NCBI GenBank assembly: GCA_038057125.1
Contig: JBBUDU010000003.1
Location: forward strand, 85,978-144,955
Origin: Patescibacteria group bacterium
GTDB lineage: Bacteria; Patescibacteriota; Minisyncoccia; Phycocordibacterales; UBA1550
Reading direction: 5' to 3'
DNA: 58,978 bases
In this document: one piece after another, positions 53,823-58,978 of the stretch
How the letters are laid out: every line of letters begins with the position of its first letter
Position numbering within the stretch: the stretch's first letter is position 1
Notes under the pieces: generated by a model
What the model was told of the DNA's origin: nothing
What the model saw: the letters and a program-made list of their open reading frames with translations, nothing else
Database searches by the model: none
Made by a program: the position numbers and the translations under genes

Positions 53823-54452
53823 TTAAATTTCGACTTTATGTCCAAATGCTTTTACTTTCGCTGGACGGATAACTTTGCTGTGGAGACGATAACCTTTTTG
53901 TATAATCTCAGAGACGGTTCCGATTTCTTCATCTTTTGTCGCTAAAACTTCTTCTATCGCAACATGAGTCCTCGGATCAACTTGCTCACCGACTTTCCCT
54001 ATCTCGGTAAGACCGCGTGACTCAAGGACAGAATACATTTGCGCATAAATATATTCAACCCCCTTTCGCCAATTTGCGTCTACCTTTTCCCATGCTTCCT
54101 TATTTGCAAATGCCATAGTGAAACTGTCGAGCACGGGAATCAAATCATCTACAAGACCCTCTGCGGCAAATTTTATCATTTCTCCGCGACGGGTTTCTTC
54201 ATCTTTTTTTACATTTGCAAAATCCGCGCGCATTCTCTGCCATCCGTCGAGATATTCTTTCTTTTCTTTCTCGCAGGTTTTCAACTTCTCGCGTAATTTC
54301 TTCAAAGCGAGCGCGGGGCTATCTAAATCTTCCTCACTTTCAAACTGAAGGTCATCATTATACAGAGTGTCTTCTTTTGTGTCAAACGAGTTATTTTGTG
54401 TGCCCACATCCCCTGTTTTTTGATCTTTTTCGTCGTGTTCGTTGTTTGTCAT
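53823..54452 (-). CDS. grpE: nucleotide exchange factor GrpE
   Basis: RMRADFANVKKD motif in the coiled-coil, and GYRLHSKVIRPAKV at the C-terminus. Upstream of dnaK. Confidence 0.88.
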   Translation of the reverse strand: MTNNEHDEKDQKTGDVGTQNNSFDTKEDTLYNDDLQFESEEDLDSPALALKKLREKLKTCEKEKKEYLDGWQRMRADFANVKKDEETRRGEMIKFAAEGLVDDLIPVLDSFTMAFANKEAWEKVDANWRKGVEYIYAQMYSVLESRGLTEIGKVGEQVDPRTHVAIEEVLATKDEEIGTVSEIIQKGYRLHSKVIRPAKVKAFGHKVEI

Positions 54453-54539
54453 CGAAATTTAATTTTACCATATTAAATAAAAGAGAGGAAATTACCTTCT
54501 GTAATCGCCCCTCTTTTACTTGAATTTATTTTTCTAGTA

Positions 54540-55013
54540 TTAACGCTTACTCCATTGTGGGGCCTTGCGGGCTTTTTTGAGTCCAAACTTGCGGCGTTCT
54601 TTCATGCGTGGGTCACGCTTTAGGAAACCGAGTTTTTTCAAACGCTTTCTTGTTTCTTCGTCAAATTTAACAATGGCGCGAGAGAGACCGTGACGAACCG
54701 CCTCTGCTTGCGAGTGTATCCCACCGCCGGTTACGCGTGCTGAAACTGCAAACTTCCCCACAACTTTTGATTTTTCGATTGCTTCGGCAACGATGGACTG
54801 GAGCTCTGCTGTTGGGAAATATGTAGGCACATCCTTGTCGTTTATTGTGGCTGATTCTTTTGAAGCCTCTGTAATGCGAACGCGTGCGGTTGAAGTCTTG
54901 CGACGGCCAACAGCTTCAATATACTTGCCGACAACTGCTTTTGTAGCAGGCGCCTTTTTTGCAGCTGCTTTCGCTTTCACTTCTTTTTCTGTTGTAGTAT
55001 CTTTGGTCGTCAT
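54540..55013 (-). CDS. rpsI: ribosomal protein S9 with a Lys/Ala-rich N-terminal extension
   Basis: GRRKTSTARV, GGGIHSQAEAVRHGLSRA and a C-terminal ...KKARKAPQWSKR. Confidence 0.9.
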   Translation of the reverse strand: MTTKDTTTEKEVKAKAAAKKAPATKAVVGKYIEAVGRRKTSTARVRITEASKESATINDKDVPTYFPTAELQSIVAEAIEKSKVVGKFAVSARVTGGGIHSQAEAVRHGLSRAIVKFDEETRKRLKKLGFLKRDPRMKERRKFGLKKARKAPQWSKR

Positions 55014-55014
55014 A

Positions 55015-55359
55015 TTATTCTGTAATTTTTAAATTCTTCATGCGAATCTTGTGCAAACGGTTGCGCGGAATCATGCGTGAAATTGCGCGCAGGAAAACTT
55101 CGGTGTGGCCCTTTTTCTCGATTGTGTATGCAACCGTACGCTCGCGAAGCCCGCCCGGGTAACCAGAGTAAGTCTTTGAGTGCACCTGACCCATCTTTGA
55201 AGGAGTAATAGATGCCTTTGATGCGTTCTCGATTATTACTTCAACATCAGCAGGAATGTGCTTCTGAAATGCGGGTGAAGTTTTACCCATGAGAACGCTC
55301 GCCGCCTCGGTGGCAACGCGTCCTACGGATTTTCCTTTTGCGTCAATTTTGTATGTCAT
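55015..55359 (-). CDS. rplM: ribosomal protein L13 (short, 114 aa)
   Basis: GRVATEAASVLMGK and YSGYPGGL motifs. Upstream of rpsI as usual. Confidence 0.85.
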   Translation of the reverse strand: MTYKIDAKGKSVGRVATEAASVLMGKTSPAFQKHIPADVEVIIENASKASITPSKMGQVHSKTYSGYPGGLRERTVAYTIEKKGHTEVFLRAISRMIPRNRLHKIRMKNLKITE

Positions 55360-55385
55360 AATATGTAGTGTGTTTAATTGGCGTA

Positions 55386-55745
55386 TTAGACGAACTCAAT
55401 AACTGCCATTTTCGACGCGTCCCCTTGGCGACGAGGGAGTTTCAAAATACGCGTGTATCCGCCGGCACGCTCTTTGTAGCGAGGCGCGATATCTTCGATA
55501 AGCTTCTTTGCACCCGCTTCTGCAGACACACCGCCCAAGCGTGAAATGATAAGACGGCGTGATGCTAGGTCTGCCTTTCCGCCACGAGTCACCAGCTTCT
55601 CTACAAAAGGACGAAGCTCTTTGGCGCGCGCCTCGGTAGTCTCTATGTGCTCTGTCTTAATGAGCGCGAGCGCGAGCGAACGCAAAAGCGCAATACGCCC
55701 TGCATGGTCTCGTCCAAATTTTCTCATCGACTTGTGGTGTTTCAT
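55386..55745 (-). CDS. rplQ: ribosomal protein L17
   Basis: MKHHKSMRKFGRDHAGRIALLRSLA...TTEARAKELRPFVEKL. Confidence 0.9.
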   Translation of the reverse strand: MKHHKSMRKFGRDHAGRIALLRSLALALIKTEHIETTEARAKELRPFVEKLVTRGGKADLASRRLIISRLGGVSAEAGAKKLIEDIAPRYKERAGGYTRILKLPRRQGDASKMAVIEFV

Positions 55746-55769
55746 AGTGGTAGTGTTCGGTCAAATTAA

Positions 55770-56735
55770 TTAATCTTTGAGAGAGATGTTGTGTGCTCCG
55801 AGTGCGCGTTTGATTTCCTGAATTCCTTTATCGCCCAAACCGTCAATCTCAAGGAGGTCCTCCTCTGTCTTCCTTGCAAGTCCGCCGATGGTGCGGATGT
55901 TTGCGTTTGAAAGCGCATTGTTCGTACGAGTCGAGAGGTCGAGATTTTCTACTCGAGTTTTCAAGAAGTCATTGTCCGCAAGGTCTTTCTTTGGAGAAAC
56001 CTCCTTTGTGTCTGTAGTCTCTTTTTCCTCAACTTCCGCTTTCTCGACAAAACCAATAACAGACTTGAGTTGGTTTACCATAATCTCAATCGATGCCTCG
56101 AGGGCGCGACGAGGGGAAATCGTGCCATCGGTCTCTATAGAAATACGCAAACGATTGTAGTCTGTGCGGTCACCCACGCGCATGTTGTCTACCTCGTAGT
56201 TTACGCGGCGGATTGGGGTAAAAATAGCATCGACGGCAATAGTGCCGATTTCCACTTTTTCTTTCTGGTGAACTTCTTTTGAAACATAGCCGAAGCCTTT
56301 TGCGACAACAATCTCAATATTGAGAGATGCATTCTTGTCGGTTAGTGTCGCGATATGCTGTTCCGGATTCAAAACTTCCACCTGACCGGAAACTTTGATA
56401 TCACCTGCTGTAATATTTTTCGCGCCTTTCACAGAAAGTGTGACAACCTGCGATTCCATTGTGGAAAGTTTGAAGCGCGCCTTTTTCAAATTGAGTAAGA
56501 TCGTGATGACATCCTCCTTGACTCCATCTATAGTAGAAAACTCATGCGAAACGCCTTCAATTTTTACAGTTGTGATAGCAGCACCCAAAAGTGACGAGAG
56601 TATGATGCGACGAAGTGAATTGCCGAGGGTGTGGCCGTACCCAGGGTAAAGACTTTCAATTTCGTAGCTTCCCTTAAAACCGTCCTCTGAGAGAACTTTC
56701 GGTTTCGATGGCAATGTGATGTTGTAGTCGAGCAT
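55770..56735 (-). CDS. rpoA: DNA-directed RNA polymerase alpha subunit
   Basis: N-terminal GYGHTLGNSLRRILLSS and a C-terminal domain LDLSTRTNNALSNANIRTIGGL. Confidence 0.92.
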   Translation of the reverse strand: MLDYNITLPSKPKVLSEDGFKGSYEIESLYPGYGHTLGNSLRRIILSSLLGAAITTVKIEGVSHEFSTIDGVKEDVITILLNLKKARFKLSTMESQVVTLSVKGAKNITAGDIKVSGQVEVLNPEQHIATLTDKNASLNIEIVVAKGFGYVSKEVHQKEKVEIGTIAVDAIFTPIRRVNYEVDNMRVGDRTDYNRLRISIETDGTISPRRALEASIEIMVNQLKSVIGFVEKAEVEEKETTDTKEVSPKKDLADNDFLKTRVENLDLSTRTNNALSNANIRTIGGLARKTEEDLLEIDGLGDKGIQEIKRALGAHNISLKD

Positions 56736-56798
56736 TGTGGTGTAAAATTAGACGATGAAACTATACCTTAAATTATTGATAAATGCAAACTCGAACAA

Positions 56799-57410
56799 TT
56801 AACGGCTGTAAAATTCAATAACGGATGTGAGGTTGAAGGACATTTCTGCCTGCCCCACTTTTGGTTTTCCTTGAAACGTTGCGATAAACTTATCCGTATC
56901 AAGCTTGAACCAAGTTGGCACGGTCGCGGCCTTTAAACGTTCGCCCAATCCCTCAAAAAGTTTCGTGCTCATACTTCCGGGACGGATTGAGATAGTGTCA
57001 CCAACCTTTAGAAAGCGTGACGCGATGTTTGCGCGACGACCGTTTACCATAATGTGTCCATGGGATACTATTTGACGCGCAAGAGAACGAGATGCTACAA
57101 AACCAGATCGATACACCGCACTATCCAAGCGAGACTCAAGAGCCTCGAAAAGATATTCCGCGGGATTTATTCCGCGCTTTCCTGAAGCCTCTTTAACATA
57201 ATTCGAAAATTGCTTTTCGCTCACACCGTATGTGTGGCGAACTTTTTGCTTCTCGCGAAGCTGGCGGCCGTAGTCGGTCAATGTTGCGCGGTGCTTTTTT
57301 TCAGAAAGCAACTTTCCCGGCGGGTACGGACGCTTTTTAAACGCGCACTTCTCGCGTCCGCAAATGGTCTCCCCGAGACGACGACAAATTTTACATGTAA
57401 CTCTGCTCAT
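56799..57410 (-). CDS. rpsD: ribosomal protein S4
   Basis: CKICRRLGE zinc-knuckle start and S4 RNA-binding domain (RLDSAVYRSGFVASRSLARQIVSHGHIMVNG). Confidence 0.92.
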   Translation of the reverse strand: MSRVTCKICRRLGETICGREKCAFKKRPYPPGKLLSEKKHRATLTDYGRQLREKQKVRHTYGVSEKQFSNYVKEASGKRGINPAEYLFEALESRLDSAVYRSGFVASRSLARQIVSHGHIMVNGRRANIASRFLKVGDTISIRPGSMSTKLFEGLGERLKAATVPTWFKLDTDKFIATFQGKPKVGQAEMSFNLTSVIEFYSR

Positions 57411-57426
57411 ATATTATATTGATAGT

Positions 57427-57861
57427 TTAAATTCTTCGTGGCTTCTTTGGCTTTGGGCCATTGTGTGGAACCGGTGTTACATCGCGGATAAGCGCAATAT
57501 CGATGCCTTTTGAGTTGAACGCTCGAATCGAGCTCTCGCGTCCGGCACCAACACCCTTTACCACTACATCAACCGACTTCATTCCAATCATTGCAGCCTT
57601 TTCACCGACGAGCTCTCCAACCTTTGCGGCGGCAAACGGCGTTCCCTTTTTTGCCCCTTTGAAACCAAGTGAACCGCATGAAGACCAAATGAGCGCATTC
57701 CCAGACTTGTCCGCAAGAAGAAGTTTCGTATTGTTGTATGTTGACTGAACATATAGTATCCCTTCAACGTGTTTCTTTTTCGCAGTGCGAGAAAGAGCAC
57801 GGGATACCAATCCCTGATCAACAGTCTGTCCTTCTTTTTTAATAATTCGTTTTTTGCCCAT
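57427..57861 (-). CDS. rpsK: ribosomal protein S11
   Basis: STYNNTKLLLADKSGNALIWSSCGSLGFKGAKKGTPFAA...DVTPVPHNG. Confidence 0.92.
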   Translation of the reverse strand: MGKKRIIKKEGQTVDQGLVSRALSRTAKKKHVEGILYVQSTYNNTKLLLADKSGNALIWSSCGSLGFKGAKKGTPFAAAKVGELVGEKAAMIGMKSVDVVVKGVGAGRESSIRAFNSKGIDIALIRDVTPVPHNGPKPKKPRRI

Positions 57862-57895
57862 GTTAGTTCTTTGATTCTAGTTTTTATTTCTTGCG

Positions 57896-58276
57896 CTATT
57901 TCTTGTCTGCTTTACGGCGTCCCGAACCCATCGTCTTTCGCATGTTTCCTCGCACTGTGCGAGAGTTCGTCTTTGTGCGCTGTCCGCGGACGGGAAGCTT
58001 TTTTGCATGACGTAATCCGCGATACGCTTTAATTTCTTTCAAACGTTTTACGTTTGTCGAAATTTCACGCTTGAGGTCTCCTTCGAGTGTGAGGCCTTCA
58101 ATAATTTTACGAATCTTTGCCTCGTCCTCCGGAGTCAAGTCCTTGGCGCGCTTGCCGTGGTCGATTTTTGCGGAGTCGAGAAGCTCTTTTGCGCGCGGGC
58201 GACCAATGCCGTACACTGCTGTCAGGCTTATCTCCAATCTCTTTTCATCCGGTATTGTTACTCCTAGAATTCGCAT
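57896..58276 (-). CDS. rpsM: ribosomal protein S13
   Basis: MRILGVTIPDEKRLEISLTAVYGIG start and a basic C-terminal tail. Confidence 0.92.
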   Translation of the reverse strand: MRILGVTIPDEKRLEISLTAVYGIGRPRAKELLDSAKIDHGKRAKDLTPEDEAKIRKIIEGLTLEGDLKREISTNVKRLKEIKAYRGLRHAKKLPVRGQRTKTNSRTVRGNMRKTMGSGRRKADKK

Positions 58277-58311
58277 ATGATGTCTTTTTTATACTTAAAT
58301 GATTAGCTTTA

Positions 58312-58425
58312 TTAGCCTTGGCGCTGTTTATGGCGTGGGTTTGTGCAAATAACACGAATACGGTCTCCACGCTTGACCGTTTTACATTTAACGCAGATTT
58401 TTTTTACAGATGCTCGTACTTTCAT
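58312..58425 (-). CDS. rpmJ: ribosomal protein L36 (37 aa, [37 protein letters not shown])
   Basis: Hand-translated and below the track cutoff. Canonical L36 sequence with the C-x2-C...C...H zinc motif. Sits between infA and rpsM. Confidence 0.88.
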   Translation of the reverse strand: MKVRASVKKICVKCKTVKRGDRIRVICTNPRHKQRQG

Positions 58426-58460
58426 ACTAAATATATTGGTGTCATTTATTCGAACAGATT

Positions 58461-58511
58461 GAACAAAAACTCTCTATTGATATCTACCTTTTTGAGTAGA
58501 TGGCAATAGAG
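58461..58511 (-). promoter_or_regulatory. leader hairpin plus T-run upstream of rpmJ (attenuator-like)
   Basis: ctctattg..atctac / gtagat..caatagag stem, followed on the minus strand by GAGTTTTTGTTC. Lies about 35 nt before the rpmJ ATG. Confidence 0.4.
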
Positions 58512-58626
58512 CAAATTGAGCACATGCATAAACAAAGGCACAGACAACTGAGTTTAGGTCCAAGAGTCTACGGCCAAGCCGTGAATCTCCTGATTCAGAA
58601 TCAGCTGATTCGAAAACAGTGAGGGT

Positions 58627-58655
58627 ACTATATCGTATTTTGAAATTAAATGCAA
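58627..58655 (-). promoter_or_regulatory. sigma70-like promoter just after infA
   Basis: On the minus strand: TTGCAT, 17-nt spacer, TATAGT. Confidence 0.5.
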
Positions 58656-58659
58656 GCCC

Positions 58660-58875
58660 CTACAGGCGCTTAATAATACGGCCTTTCCCGCCATATGGAT
58701 CAAGCTTTACCATAACCTTATCCCCAATGAGAACCTTGATGCGATGAAGGCGCATCTTGCCAGCAAGATAGGATATGATAATCTTACCATCAGGAAACTC
58801 TACGCGAAACATTGCGCCCGGAAGCGCTTCAATGACTTCCCCTTGTGTTAGCTCCTCTTTTTCTATTTCTGCCAT
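58660..58875 (-). CDS. infA: translation initiation factor IF-1
   Basis: S1-like OB fold: GEVIEALPGAMFRVEFPDGKIIISYLAGKMRLHRIKVLIGDKV. Confidence 0.92.
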   Translation of the reverse strand: MAEIEKEELTQGEVIEALPGAMFRVEFPDGKIIISYLAGKMRLHRIKVLIGDKVMVKLDPYGGKGRIIKRL

Positions 58876-58917
58876 TTGTGAATCTCTATAATACCAAAAG
58901 TTTTATGTGTCGTCAAC

Positions 58918-58978
58918 TACTTGATAATTTTTACTGTAATCTTTGCGGGGTCTACAGGGAAAGCAGTCTTCCACATCG
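58918..58978 (-). CDS. 3' end of an upstream gene, truncated by the window edge (...WKTAFPVDPAKITVKIIK)
   Basis: Open frame running to the window edge and ending in TAG at 58918-58920. Identity undetermined; map or adk would be usual at this position. Confidence 0.3.

Noticed and set aside
1-58978. Search by eye for CRISPR arrays, rRNA genes, RNase P RNA, SRP RNA, prophage or integrase genes and classical defence systems (restriction-modification, CBASS, retron RT, toxin-antitoxin pairs).
   Set aside because: I found no regularly spaced direct-repeat array, no rRNA-like stretch, no GGAAGCAGC-type SRP motif or GAGGAAAGTCC-type RNase P motif, and no integrase, reverse-transcriptase or methylase/endonuclease ORFs. 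Absence is based on visual inspection only and should be confirmed with Infernal and HMM scans.

Overview
The window is a gene-dense bacterial chromosome segment, about 95% coding. Nearly all genes are on the minus strand, except a plus-strand block at 19.2-24.2 kb (dprA, topA, rel).

Most of it is housekeeping:
- Two separated pieces of the dcw cell-wall cluster: murG-ftsW-mraY at 3-6.5 kb and mraZ-rsmH-ftsL-ftsI-murF at 27.5-32.2 kb.
- mreBCD with mrdA.
- Seven aminoacyl-tRNA synthetase genes: gltX, aspS, trpS, serS, lysS, proS, plus a trpS remnant.
- scpAB, dnaX, parB and grpE-dnaK-dnaJ.
- The ribosomal alpha-operon region: infA, rpmJ, rpsM, rpsK, rpsD, rpoA, rplQ, rplM, rpsI.
- Two tRNAs: Glu-CUC and Gln-UUG.

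Short proteins, an archaeal-type AspRS and a ProRS without the INS editing domain suggest a small-genome Patescibacteria/CPR-like organism. That is inference only; no database search was possible.

The most interesting locus is at 10.6-13.5 kb. It is an AT-richer block of about 2.6 kb carrying a divergent full-length trpS, a radical SAM/SPASM enzyme and a 49-codon ORF absent from the supplied ORF track. That ORF has an ideal RBS and its own near-consensus promoter, and it ends in GG-IVLKGHWCDI. The block abuts the 5' remnant of a second, canonical-type trpS. I read this as a minimal RiPP-like cassette that displaced the resident trpS.

A second accessory region lies at 41.5-50.8 kb. It contains:
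- a strikingly GC-rich orphan gene;
- a RAYT-type Y1 transposase flanked by inverted REP-like palindromes, with further copies elsewhere in the window;
- a tRNA-Gln embedded in tRNA-derived fragments that include two covarying hairpins;
- a histidine-kinase pair in which both proteins lack the phospho-acceptor His;
- a metzincin-like protease with QExxH in place of HExxH;
- an IS30 transposase fragment;
- convergent micro-ORFs separated by a hairpin-dense spacer.

No CRISPR array or rRNA gene was seen. All calls rest on reading the ORF translations and the DNA by eye. Family names come from motif recognition, not from searches.
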